Shown one piece after another: positions 1-9,654 of a stretch of DNA of 54,655 nucleotides. Position 1 is the stretch's first letter. Each line of letters begins with the position of its first letter. The translations under genes were made by a program, and so were the position numbers. The stretch lies in NCBI GenBank assembly GCA_964448115.1, contig CAYUVA010000032.1, forward strand, positions 1 through 54,655, given 5' to 3'. The notes beneath the pieces were generated by a model. That model did not search any database and was not told the DNA's origin. It worked only from the letters and a program-made list of their open reading frames with translations. This DNA is from an uncultured bacterium. Lineage in GTDB: Bacteria > CAYUVA01.

Positions 1-34
1 AGGCGATTTCTAACAGCATCACAATGCGAATTAA

Positions 35-53
35 ATCAATTCTTCAGAGCTGG
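35..53. repeat. 19-bp repeat ATCAATTCTTCAGAGCTGG, perfect inverted copy at 54606-54624
   Basis: Direct comparison of the two window ends; flanking sequences diverge. Confidence 0.85.
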
Positions 54-69
54 CTGAGAATAATTATTC

Positions 70-1512
70 TCAACGATTTCGCCTAAGAAGGCTGCCTAGT
101 CTCTTTGAGTAGATCTGAACAAAATCGAGCATCAATTTGAATATGTATATTTTTCTAGGGATGAGTATTATTAGTCTGAGCACTCGTAGTGGATTGCTAT
201 AGAAGCGAATATAGGCTTTTCTCTGGATGCGCTTTATGTCGATGCCGGTCAGTATTTGATAAAAACTTGCCTGGGCATAATAGTAGCAGCGGTGCGTCTG
301 ATTGGCATATTGCGGGCTGAGTTTTATGGCTTCCTCATATAACCTGGTGCCAGGCTGTGGAACCACCTCGAAGAAGCTTGCCATCTGCAACCTTGAGTTT
401 ACGGCAAAATCGATGGTGCTTCTCATCTCCTCAAGGCTCTCGTCAGGAAATCCGAGCATAAAATAGCCCTTTGTAATCATTCCCTGTCTTTGCGAGTATT
501 CGATCGCCCATTTTATTTTATCCAGGTCGATATTCTTTCCTATCTTTTTTTGCAACCTCTGCGAGGCTGTCTCTACTGCGTACATGACCTTGTATGTTCC
601 AGCAGCCCTCAACAGCTCTATGGTCTCGGCATCGAGAATGTCCCCTCGCAGCCCATTGGGAAAAGCGAGGTGGATCTTCCAGCCCTTGTCGATGATCGCT
701 CGGCAGATATCCTTTGTTCTTTTCCTGTCCAGGTTGAAGATATCATCGAAGAAGTGAAACTCATCGATGCCATATTTCTCGATAAGTATCTCCATCTCCA
801 GTATAACATTGGCAACGCTGCGCTTGCGATAGCCTTTTCCGAATATTTGATGGCAATATGTACAGCTATAAGGACAGGCGCGGGTAGTGAATAACGGCAT
901 ATATCGCCTGCCAGCCTGCATATTCATCATGTTTCTGGTTCCAAGGCTGTTGTAAGCCTTGATATCGACGAGGTCCCAGGCGGGAAAAGGGATGGAATCG
1001 AGATCCTCTACATACCTTCCAGGCGGATTTACCTTGATCTCATTATTTTTTCTGTAGGCAATCCCATCCAGGCTATCGAAAGCGTTACGCTGCTGGAATA
1101 AAGATATAAACACGGGGAGCGTCCGCTCTGCCTCGCCGATAAACGCATAATCTATTGCAGCGCATTCAAATGGATCTCTTGGACTGAATGTAGGATATGG
1201 ACCGCCGGCTATTATGGCAGCCGAGGGGATCTGCTTCTTGCATAACATCGCTAGTTGGTGCAGGTAATCTCGTTCATAAGTAAGGGAACTGAATCCGATT
1301 ATATCGGGCTTGAAATCCTTTATTTGTTCGATATTCGTCTTAAGTCGCCAGTTTCGGCTGCCTTTCCTAGTGAGCCGGGTATCTAAAATGCCGACCTCCC
1401 AGCCTTTAGCATGCTTTCGTATCATGGAGGCGAGATACATGATGCCAAGCGGGGGAGTTACAGCCAGGTTGACCGCATTCTCGTAGGTTCTAACCAGCAG
1501 TATTCGGTTCAT
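70..1512 (-). CDS. Cobalamin-binding radical SAM protein (class B methyltransferase-like)
   Basis: N-terminal B12-binding region (PPLGIMYLAS...PDIIGFS...IAGGPYPT), CxxxCxxC motif RACPYSCTYC, FFDDIF, FMLGFPDE. Confidence 0.88.
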   Translation of the reverse strand: MNRILLVRTYENAVNLAVTPPLGIMYLASMIRKHAKGWEVGILDTRLTRKGSRNWRLKTNIEQIKDFKPDIIGFSSLTYERDYLHQLAMLCKKQIPSAAIIAGGPYPTFSPRDPFECAAIDYAFIGEAERTLPVFISLFQQRNAFDSLDGIAYRKNNEIKVNPPGRYVEDLDSIPFPAWDLVDIKAYNSLGTRNMMNMQAGRRYMPLFTTRACPYSCTYCHQIFGKGYRKRSVANVILEMEILIEKYGIDEFHFFDDIFNLDRKRTKDICRAIIDKGWKIHLAFPNGLRGDILDAETIELLRAAGTYKVMYAVETASQRLQKKIGKNIDLDKIKWAIEYSQRQGMITKGYFMLGFPDESLEEMRSTIDFAVNSRLQMASFFEVVPQPGTRLYEEAIKLSPQYANQTHRCYYYAQASFYQILTGIDIKRIQRKAYIRFYSNPLRVLRLIILIPRKIYIFKLMLDFVQIYSKRLGSLLRRNR

Positions 1513-2114
1513 ATACCTATATCACAGGGTACTTTTTTTTTCTCCATGAGGGAGACGATGAATGGGAGCGGCTGGCAAAGTTCGATTATGTTGAAATACT
1601 CGCTGACTAGTCGGTGAAAACTCGAGGGCGTATAGTGATTTATATGCCCTGGAGTATTTCCCCATCGCCAAAGATAAGCCCCTCGAACTATATTCATCAT
1701 TCTCCACAGCGGCTCCTTGGGCACGGTGACCAGGGCGTATCTTCGGCTTACCCGGGCAAGTTCGGCAAGCGCGTTTTGGGGCTTCGGTAGGTGTTCCAAT
1801 ACTTGGGCGAGGATCACCATGTCGTAGGAGTCATCATGAAAAGGTAATGAAGCAGCGTCTGAGGCTAGAAATGGGATCTTGATCTCGTCTCGCTTGATTA
1901 TATGTGCATCGATATCGCAGGCATGAAGTTGAGCATCCGGGAACCACCACATAAGTCGCTGGAGCACATGACCTTCGCCACAGCCTACCTCCAGTATAGA
2001 GGAAAACGATGCCTTGCGCAGGCATCGTTCCATTGATTTTAAGTATCCGCTGACCAGCAGCCTAACCATCGGGTTCCTGGTGGCATATTTGTTATAGAAA
2101 TGCCCGGACATCAC
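1509..2114 (-). CDS. Class I SAM-dependent methyltransferase
   Basis: ILEVGCGEG motif I, DAASLPF, VLEHL; 4-nt overlaps with both neighbours. Confidence 0.85.
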   Translation of the reverse strand: MMSGHFYNKYATRNPMVRLLVSGYLKSMERCLRKASFSSILEVGCGEGHVLQRLMWWFPDAQLHACDIDAHIIKRDEIKIPFLASDAASLPFHDDSYDMVILAQVLEHLPKPQNALAELARVSRRYALVTVPKEPLWRMMNIVRGAYLWRWGNTPGHINHYTPSSFHRLVSEYFNIIELCQPLPFIVSLMEKKKVPCDIGI

Positions 2115-3058
2115 ATCTTCTCTGCTGGTTTTTTAGCATATATGGTAATTATATCTCCTAGCTTTATCTTTAGCGCCATATCTTGCAAGCCCATCTGGTC
2201 GATCATTCGCTGTGCCACCTGATAGATCCTGTTGCTGTATGGCTTTATGCGAGGTATCAAGAAGCGCATCCCGGCTACCTTGGTCGCCTTTTCTATTATC
2301 AAAAGCTCGAAGCCGGCATCGGTAAGATATCTAATGGCGGTTTCCCTGGTAAAGTGATAGGTATGCATATCCTTGAAGAACCACCAGCGCCTGCCTAGCA
2401 GGCGAGGGAAAAAGCTGTCCATGATCGGGATGTCGATTAGGATTATCCCTGCTGGCTTGAGCAGAGCATAACAGCGGGTGATGAGTTCCTTCGCATCTGG
2501 CACATGCTCCAGCACCTGGAAGGCGGTTATGCAATCGAGGCTCCCCGCTGCTAGTTCAGAGTCCTCCAGGAACCCAGGCAACACCTCTAATCCAAGCTTC
2601 TCCCTGGCGAATCGCCGCGCCCAATCCGATGGCTCGATACCCATAACCTCGAAACCTTGCTTTCTTGCCTCATCGAGAAAGAAGCCAGCAAAACAGCCGA
2701 TATCTAGCAATCTGCCGGGTTTGATAAATGTACTGACCCGCCTGAGATACATCTGGGCTGTTCTTCTTTTGTTGGCTTCCTCCTCGATATATAGGTGATC
2801 TTCAACTTTGGCATAGATATCCTTTATTATGTCAGTCTTGAGTCGTGGTGTCGTATATCTCAAGCCGCAGCGATTGCACTGTACCACCTGCCATAAGGCA
2901 GCATTCTCCACCACGGTAGGGCTGAAGGTGCCAGCAAGGACCGAGATGTTATCAAGCCTTGAATAATCACCCTTAAACAGTACCGTGTAGTCATCTGCCG
3001 AGCAGTAATTGCATGGCACATGCTCCAGAATGTCCGAGTTTACTGCGCTACCCTTCAT
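2111..3058 (-). CDS. Class I SAM-dependent methyltransferase with N-terminal Zn-binding region
   Basis: CNYC...CNRC, LLDIGCFAG, VLEHVPD. Confidence 0.85.
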   Translation of the reverse strand: MKGSAVNSDILEHVPCNYCSADDYTVLFKGDYSRLDNISVLAGTFSPTVVENAALWQVVQCNRCGLRYTTPRLKTDIIKDIYAKVEDHLYIEEEANKRRTAQMYLRRVSTFIKPGRLLDIGCFAGFFLDEARKQGFEVMGIEPSDWARRFAREKLGLEVLPGFLEDSELAAGSLDCITAFQVLEHVPDAKELITRCYALLKPAGIILIDIPIMDSFFPRLLGRRWWFFKDMHTYHFTRETAIRYLTDAGFELLIIEKATKVAGMRFLIPRIKPYSNRIYQVAQRMIDQMGLQDMALKIKLGDIITIYAKKPAEKM

Positions 3059-4365
3059 TTACCTATTATATTATGACAAAGGGCATCGGCAAGGGCAATC
3101 GAGTTGTTCACCCCGCGATCCTCCGGATAGATCATCGAGGCATCGGTGAGGAAAAAATCATCGATCGGCGTAGCAAAAGGGATGATCCTCTTATGATGCC
3201 CCAGGGTGCAGATAGGCTGCGCATAATCATCCTTAAAGAGCCAGGATTTGATCACCATGTTTTCATTGAAGTTAGGGAAAATCGCCCTGAGCGGTTCATA
3301 TAACCCTTGAAGGTACTGTTCCTCGTTCATCAGCAGTCGTTCATCATCCTGATGCAGGTATTGGGGAAGATAGACTATGCTGCCTATATCATCTCTAATT
3401 GGATTGAGGTTAGTATATTCGATGACGCCCAAAAAAGGCATCTTATCATATACATTAACCCAGAACTTGTCTCCCAGTGGTCGGTCGAGATGCAATAGCG
3501 CACATGCCACTGAGAGGTATGGCTGTTTTTTAAGCATCGCCTTGTATTCCCTGGGTAGAAAGGGTGCCATTTCAAGTGTCCTGGGGATGCCGGCGGTCGC
3601 GATCACAATATCATAGCTATTAAGATCCTGCCTTTGTTTTCCAGCCTCATCGAGGTTGATCTCAAAGATCCCCTTGCTAGAGTTAATCTTGGTTACAGCA
3701 CAGCCGGTTCTTATCTCACCACCCTTATCGATGATCCTGTCAGCAAGTGCATCGATAAGTATCTTGCTTCCCCCCTCGATGTAGCCGAGCTGCTCTTTGC
3801 CCAGGAACCAGCGCCTGGACTTGGCTCTGCGCTGCGTCCTGCCATATATCCACGCTGCCGAGATCTCGGTGTAGAAATCCTTGAACTTCTTGGTCAAAAG
3901 CGGCTCCCAGATGTAGTGATAAGCCCGTTTGCCGCTAAGCCTCTCTAGCCATCTATAGGCAGGGATATGATCCAGCTTGCGGTAGTTGCTGATCGTCTTG
4001 ATTCTCAGCATGTTGAATGCAAAGCGGAATTTATCCATCGTTCCTAAAGGCGAAAACTTGAAGATATCCCCCGGCTCGGAGAATGGATAGATCCTGCCTT
4101 GGATATAATAGTCCATCTTGGAGTGCACCCATCGTAGCCTATCATGCAATCCAAGCTCCTTAAGCAGCGATAACAGGTGCCTATCATTCATGCAGATAAA
4201 GTGATAATAGCGCTCCAGCCATACCTGGTCATAGTAAAACGAGCGTGCCAAGCCACCTAATTCCGGTTGCGTCTCCAGGACATGCACCTTGTATCCTGCC
4301 TTGACAAGTCTGTAGGCGGCGGTCAAGCCGGTGATGCCACCGCCGATGATGGCAACTTCCTTCAA
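3055..4365 (-). CDS. FAD/NAD(P)-dependent oxidoreductase (flavin amine oxidase/protoporphyrinogen oxidase-like superfamily)
   Basis: IIGGGITGL dinucleotide-binding motif, E...LGGLA, C-terminal IYPEDRG; paralog of 25178-26494. Confidence 0.82.
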   Translation of the reverse strand: MKEVAIIGGGITGLTAAYRLVKAGYKVHVLETQPELGGLARSFYYDQVWLERYYHFICMNDRHLLSLLKELGLHDRLRWVHSKMDYYIQGRIYPFSEPGDIFKFSPLGTMDKFRFAFNMLRIKTISNYRKLDHIPAYRWLERLSGKRAYHYIWEPLLTKKFKDFYTEISAAWIYGRTQRRAKSRRWFLGKEQLGYIEGGSKILIDALADRIIDKGGEIRTGCAVTKINSSKGIFEINLDEAGKQRQDLNSYDIVIATAGIPRTLEMAPFLPREYKAMLKKQPYLSVACALLHLDRPLGDKFWVNVYDKMPFLGVIEYTNLNPIRDDIGSIVYLPQYLHQDDERLLMNEEQYLQGLYEPLRAIFPNFNENMVIKSWLFKDDYAQPICTLGHHKRIIPFATPIDDFFLTDASMIYPEDRGVNNSIALADALCHNIIGK

Positions 4366-4366
4366 T

Positions 4367-7210
4367 CTAGTTCTCGCTTTTGGGGGTGTTTGTTGCAGGT
4401 TCCATGATTTCCTTGAGTTGATCCATATAGTCGTTTGCCGCTGATGAGAAGGGATCTATCTTCAACGCCTCCTCGAAGAAGTTCTTTGCAACCATGAGAT
4501 CCCCTTGTTTAACCGCTATGACTCCGAGGTTGATCAATGACCGGATCTCTAGGGGATTGCGCTTTAGATCGAGCTTGAAATTGTGCTTGGCGCGGTCGAG
4601 ATCACCCAAGTTGAAACGACATATCCCGTTATTAAAGTAGATATCCCGTGTGGGGGTTATGGATAGGCTCTTATCGAGGCATTTTGCTGCATAAGAAAAA
4701 TCACCGGCATTCATCGACTTTACGCCGAGATTCATATAAGCGGTCGCTGCCTTGAGAGCATCACCAGAGGTGATGGCTGGCAAAGTATGCTTTGGTGTGA
4801 TTGCCAGGTATTGCCGGTTCTCAATCCAAGTGTCCCTGAATATGCTATGCGGGCTGCTGTATTCAATAATCGGATGATCGTCGCTGTTGATCGATGCCAG
4901 GGACAGATCAAGGTCAGCAAGGGCGAGGGTAAGGCGATTTACTATACCCTCATAATCAACCATCCCTATTCGTTTAAGATCATCTGCTATCTTGTGCTTT
5001 TTTATCCGCTCGGTTATGCGATCGAGGTCTAAGACCGGCAAGGCACCACCTGGTTGGTCGCTTTTCTGCCCTACCAAAAGGATATCCCCTACGCTCCCCT
5101 CGAATATGTAGCAGTGGGGGAATACCTCCTTGAAGGTGCGCAAGATGCAGCGCAGATCCCGCATGCTCAGGTAATAAAGATGCACCCACTGGCAGATGTA
5201 TCCGCCTTGATTCAGTCTTTGGTCAAAGAGCCTATATTGTTCTATTGTGAAAAGATTTGAGACGCCGCTGATCCACGGATTGGAAGGCTCAGATATAATA
5301 ACATCATAAGATGTTTGGGTTGCGTTCAGGTAAGTCCGGGCATCATCGACCACCAGGCGCATTCTACTATCATCGAGCGCGCGGTTGTTTACATGGCTGA
5401 AAAGCCTTGCCGCCTCGACCACGCCGGGGTCTATCTCCGCGCAGGTAAGCTGCTCGATGGGATGTGTAAATGCAGAGCCACAGGTTACCCCGGTGCCTAA
5501 GCCGAGCACGAAAACACTCTTAGGCTGCGGATGGAATAATAAGGGCAACTGAGCTAAAAGCACCTGGGTAACCATGTCCTCGCCATCGGAGCCATCGGTC
5601 TTGCCATTTATTCGCAGGCTGCGCACATCGCCTCGTTGCAAGATGCTAACCACCGAATAGGGGCTTTCATGGTAAAAAATAACCTTGCTGTTCGGGCTGA
5701 AGCCCTCGATCAAGCTATCCGCATAAACATAGGCGCCGCTGCTCATGACCATCTTGTCCCAGGGCGCGACCTTGATATAAAAAAAAGCCAAAAGCAGGGC
5801 AAGCAACAAGCTGGTGAGAACGGTTCGCAATCCCCGCTTCGGGGAGTACTTGATCATCAAAAAGAATCCGTAGAGGGCATAGATGCCAGAGATAAACAGC
5901 AAAGAGCCACGAATGCCAAGCAGCCGGATGCCTACGAATGCACCGAATAATGCCCCTGCTATCGCAGCCACCGTGTTGAGCGAGTAGATGATACCCACCC
6001 CCTTGCCGGTTCGAGACTCGGTATCAACATATATCATTCCGACCAGAGGAAAGGCTGCCCCCATCAACAAGGTCGCCGGAAGCATGATCAAGATGCACAG
6101 GAGAAGTTCGATTACCAGGATAACACCAAAGGAGCCGGCAAACAAACCATAAAGCTCAATGAATAGAAGCGGTAATCTCCCCAGCATGAGAACCGAGAAC
6201 AATACAGCCATGCCGCACATCAAGTTGATCGTACCTAGAACGACCATCGGGTTATTGCGTGGCAATGCCCAATCTATGCGCATCCGGGCTAATACCAGGC
6301 TTCCCAAGCCGATGCCTAGAAGGAAAGTTACTAACATCAAGGTAATCGCATAGACCGTTGAGCCGATCACCAGGTGCAATCCCTTTGTCCAGATCACCTC
6401 CAGGTAAAAGGATGCAAACCCACTTAGTATAAAAGCTATCAAAGCCAATCTACGAGCGCTCTTATCCAATCCGAGATCAATGGGATCAATCTCTGGCATA
6501 TCAGCCTTCTCTTGCATCAAGCCATGACTTTTTTGGCTGGAGAATGATAACAAGATTATGGCAGCGATAATCACATTAACAATCGCTGTAGCCAACAAAG
6601 CCCCTATCATGCCCCAAAGATAGATAAGCAAAAGCCCGGTAAGCGCGGTGCCGGTTACGGCTCCCACAGTATTTATGCCATACAGCCTTCCCAGCTTCTC
6701 CTTGAGCATCTCTTTGCGCCTTGCCAGGTATTTGCAAAGAAGCGGTAAAGTAGCCCCCATGCAGGTGGTAGGAGGTAGCAGAACCAATACAGCAACTATG
6801 AATTTTAGGGCTATTGAGCTGGCTGAACCGCTATTATCATAAGAAGCCAGCGAGAAATAGACCTGATCCAGCAGATCGAGCAACAGCAATGATAAGAGGG
6901 CATATAAGCCAATGATAAGCTCCAGCAAGCCATATAGCCTTACCAACCTTGTTTCATTCCCTAGCTTATCAGCCAATATGCCAGCCAGGTAGCTTCCCAG
7001 CGCCAAGCCAGCCATAAAGGCGGATAAAACCGCACTGACACCATATATGGTGGTGCCCAGTATCAAGCCGAGCTTGCGCATCCAGATCATCTCGTAGCTT
7101 AAGCCACAAGCGCCGGAGAAAAAAAATGCAGCCATGAGCAAGGGCTCTTGATAAATGCCCTGCTTTGGGCAGACTGTCTGCGCCTTAGACCAAACTGGTT
7201 TATTATTCAA
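4367..7210 (-). CDS. Multi-TM membrane protein fused to a spermidine synthase-like (SAM-binding) domain and C-terminal TPRs
   Basis: Two repeated TM blocks (FFFSGACGLSYEMIW / FILSGFASFYLEVIW), LGLGTGVT, EIDP, DDAR, DVIISEPSNPW, TPR-like tail; exact start uncertain. Confidence 0.8.
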   Translation of the reverse strand: MNNKPVWSKAQTVCPKQGIYQEPLLMAAFFFSGACGLSYEMIWMRKLGLILGTTIYGVSAVLSAFMAGLALGSYLAGILADKLGNETRLVRLYGLLELIIGLYALLSLLLLDLLDQVYFSLASYDNSGSASSIALKFIVAVLVLLPPTTCMGATLPLLCKYLARRKEMLKEKLGRLYGINTVGAVTGTALTGLLLIYLWGMIGALLATAIVNVIIAAIILLSFSSQKSHGLMQEKADMPEIDPIDLGLDKSARRLALIAFILSGFASFYLEVIWTKGLHLVIGSTVYAITLMLVTFLLGIGLGSLVLARMRIDWALPRNNPMVVLGTINLMCGMAVLFSVLMLGRLPLLFIELYGLFAGSFGVILVIELLLCILIMLPATLLMGAAFPLVGMIYVDTESRTGKGVGIIYSLNTVAAIAGALFGAFVGIRLLGIRGSLLFISGIYALYGFFLMIKYSPKRGLRTVLTSLLLALLLAFFYIKVAPWDKMVMSSGAYVYADSLIEGFSPNSKVIFYHESPYSVVSILQRGDVRSLRINGKTDGSDGEDMVTQVLLAQLPLLFHPQPKSVFVLGLGTGVTCGSAFTHPIEQLTCAEIDPGVVEAARLFSHVNNRALDDSRMRLVVDDARTYLNATQTSYDVIISEPSNPWISGVSNLFTIEQYRLFDQRLNQGGYICQWVHLYYLSMRDLRCILRTFKEVFPHCYIFEGSVGDILLVGQKSDQPGGALPVLDLDRITERIKKHKIADDLKRIGMVDYEGIVNRLTLALADLDLSLASINSDDHPIIEYSSPHSIFRDTWIENRQYLAITPKHTLPAITSGDALKAATAYMNLGVKSMNAGDFSYAAKCLDKSLSITPTRDIYFNNGICRFNLGDLDRAKHNFKLDLKRNPLEIRSLINLGVIAVKQGDLMVAKNFFEEALKIDPFSSAANDYMDQLKEIMEPATNTPKSEN

Positions 7211-7238
7211 TGCAACCCCAATGTGGCTATGTGATGAT

Positions 7239-8357
7239 CTATGGTAGTTCCCGGCTTATAGAGTCGAGGGCATTCAATAGAAGCTCGGGATACTGTTTTA
7301 TCTTGCGTGTAAATACCTTGGTTTGCGCCTTGGCTGCTACATCGAAAAGGTAAATGGTAACTATATACATATCCCCTATACTACCTATATTGCCGGTGAT
7401 TATATAATCGACATTGAGCCTTCTTCCCAGCTCGGTCAAACAATCGCTGGAGGTGCAGCTCGACTGGTAACTCTCCTGTAGCTCCTCCAGCGCTTTTATG
7501 TAATCCCCTTGGACAACGACCTGCAGGTTGCCCGCCTTGAAGATCGAGGTACGAAGGTACTTGGAGAGATCCAGGACCTCCATGAGGTTCAAGGCTGATG
7601 AGGAAAGATCCAGCACTATCACCCTGGGAAGCTCTTGGTTAGGCTTTTTAGTGGCTGATTCGGACTCACCTGGCTGCGGTGTTGGAATTTCTTCGAGAAC
7701 CAACTTATCCTTCTCGATAAGTTCCCTTGCCTCATCGGTGCCAATCCCTTGTTCTATATAAGCTCTTAAGGGTTTTGCCAGGGGGCTGTCCGGGGCTAAC
7801 TCGATGAATCTTTTATAGTGAAAGACGGCGTTATCTCTATCGCGGCGATACTTTTCGTAGATCTCGCCGGCGTTGTAATGTGCAACTTTATTATTCGGGT
7901 CGGCAATCAGCACCGCCCGATACTGTGCCAGTGCTTTCTCGTAGTCCCCGCGCTTCATGTAGCAGTACGCCAGGTTGTTCCGGCAGGGCAGATCGTCTGG
8001 AGAACGCATGAGCACATCCTCCAACTGCCTTTGTGCGTTCTGATACAATCCACGCCTTATGAACGCCTCGGCAAGCTTCTTGCGGTAGTCATTGTTCTCC
8101 GGGTCGTGATATACTGCCTGTTGCAGGTATTTCAGCGCTTGGGTCGTATTATTCATCTCCAGGTAGGCGGTTCCGACCATGTAATTTGCAGGAGCATCTT
8201 CGGGATTGTTTGCCGCATATCTCTCAAGGCACTTTACGGTCTTCTCCCAGTCCCTTTGTTGGTAGGCAGCGGTGCCCTGTTTGTAGTGAGCGGCACAGCC
8301 TAAGAGTAAAGTAGTCAACAAAACCAGGAGTGATGCCTTTAAGATCAGTTCTCTCAT
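7239..8357 (-). CDS. TPR-repeat lipoprotein with C-terminal CsgG/TolB-N-like domain
   Basis: Lipobox LLLGC, about five TPR units, C-terminal CTSSDCLTELGRRLNVDYIITGNIG; ATG at 8357 preferred over TTG at 8366. Confidence 0.72.
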   Translation of the reverse strand: MRELILKASLLVLLTTLLLGCAAHYKQGTAAYQQRDWEKTVKCLERYAANNPEDAPANYMVGTAYLEMNNTTQALKYLQQAVYHDPENNDYRKKLAEAFIRRGLYQNAQRQLEDVLMRSPDDLPCRNNLAYCYMKRGDYEKALAQYRAVLIADPNNKVAHYNAGEIYEKYRRDRDNAVFHYKRFIELAPDSPLAKPLRAYIEQGIGTDEARELIEKDKLVLEEIPTPQPGESESATKKPNQELPRVIVLDLSSSALNLMEVLDLSKYLRTSIFKAGNLQVVVQGDYIKALEELQESYQSSCTSSDCLTELGRRLNVDYIITGNIGSIGDMYIVTIYLFDVAAKAQTKVFTRKIKQYPELLLNALDSISRELP

Positions 8358-8412
8358 AGCCTGCAATATATTAGTCCAAGCTCAGGAGAAGTCAACACGC
8401 CTGCCAGCCAAA

Positions 8413-9654
8413 TCAGACCTTGAGCAGACGCTTGATTCGGTTCATTCCACGACGAACCATCCTGAAGATCCTCTGCGCCAGGATGGTATTATTAAAGGCT
8501 TCGATGCCGCTATCGAGCAAGTACTCCCTCAATCCCTCCCGGATCCGTTGATTCTCGATAATCTCGTTGGCGGGGCATCTCTGGCAGAATCCGGGCAACT
8601 TCCCCGATATTAGCGCGCTTCTTATACCAGTCAGGTAATCCCCCAGCCATACCTGGTCGAGCGTCTTATCCCTTATATTCTCCTGGCGGAATTCATCATA
8701 GCTGGTGCAGCAAGGTCCTACAAAGCCATCAGCATTTATCTGTATATGATGAAACGGCTCGTAGCATGGGATGCGCAAAAATGGATGATTATCCGCTTCC
8801 TGTCGCGTGCGTCTGCTCATGAACTCATCTAGATCGGATTGAAGCTCGACCAGTTCCCTTTGTTGTTGATAATCCTTGAGGTTGGTCTTTAGACCAAGCG
8901 AATCGGCGAGCTTCTCATACTCGCTTATACGCTGTTGAAACTCTTTATTTGCCTTGGCATCCATTATCAGATCCATGGCGAATCGATTGGCTCGAAGCGG
9001 ATTTATATTGAGTTCGCTGGCACCGGTCTTCGCTGCCATGAGGATCATCTCATCGATCCGGTCATAATTAGCCTTGCTGAGTACCATCCAGATCTGGGTC
9101 TCCGGTAGCGAGGTGCCGGCAGCTTGCTTGGCTTCCTTGAAAAGCTGCAATCCCTTTATCGCCAAGTCAAAAGCGCCCTCGACTCCCCGAAGCTGGTCGC
9201 TGCTATTAGCATCTGGAGCATCGATGGAGAACTGAACCCGCTCCCAGCCGACCCTGGTCAAATCAGAAGCCATCCTCTCATCGAAAAGCGTTCCATTGGT
9301 GATGATCGAGCCGTTCATGCCAAGCTGGCAGATCTTTAGCATCATGGCATGGGTGAGCTTCTTGCGCACCAGAGGCTCGCCACCACCGATTATCACCCAG
9401 TACCTGACGCCGTGCTCTGCTCCCTCATCGATGAGCCTGAGCCAGCGTTCATCGCTAAGCTCATCAGGGGGGGGGAGATCCATTATCTCTCGCTCTCTCA
9501 GGTAACAAAAGCGACAATTAAGATTGCACTTGATAGTCGGGTGGATCGATATCGAGTAGCAGGGGGCAGTCGCCCCTTCACTCCATCGCAACAGCCTTTT
9601 TATGCGCTCATCCAAGATACCTTGTCCTGTTTCTTCAACTTCTCTGCTGGGCAA
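8413..9654 (-). CDS. Radical SAM protein with SPASM/Twitch domain
   Basis: CNLNCRFC, GGGEPL, FSIDA, C-terminal CYEP...GPCC...CQRC; start overlaps the mfd 3' end. Confidence 0.85.
   Translation of the reverse strand: MPSREVEETGQGILDERIKRLLRWSEGATAPCYSISIHPTIKCNLNCRFCYLREREIMDLPPPDELSDERWLRLIDEGAEHGVRYWVIIGGGEPLVRKKLTHAMMLKICQLGMNGSIITNGTLFDERMASDLTRVGWERVQFSIDAPDANSSDQLRGVEGAFDLAIKGLQLFKEAKQAAGTSLPETQIWMVLSKANYDRIDEMILMAAKTGASELNINPLRANRFAMDLIMDAKANKEFQQRISEYEKLADSLGLKTNLKDYQQQRELVELQSDLDEFMSRRTRQEADNHPFLRIPCYEPFHHIQINADGFVGPCCTSYDEFRQENIRDKTLDQVWLGDYLTGIRSALISGKLPGFCQRCPANEIIENQRIREGLREYLLDSGIEAFNNTILAQRIFRMVRRGMNRIKRLLKV

Noticed and set aside
8413-9654. RiPP maturase with a precursor peptide
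   Set aside because: No small precursor-like ORF or PqqD/RRE domain seen nearby
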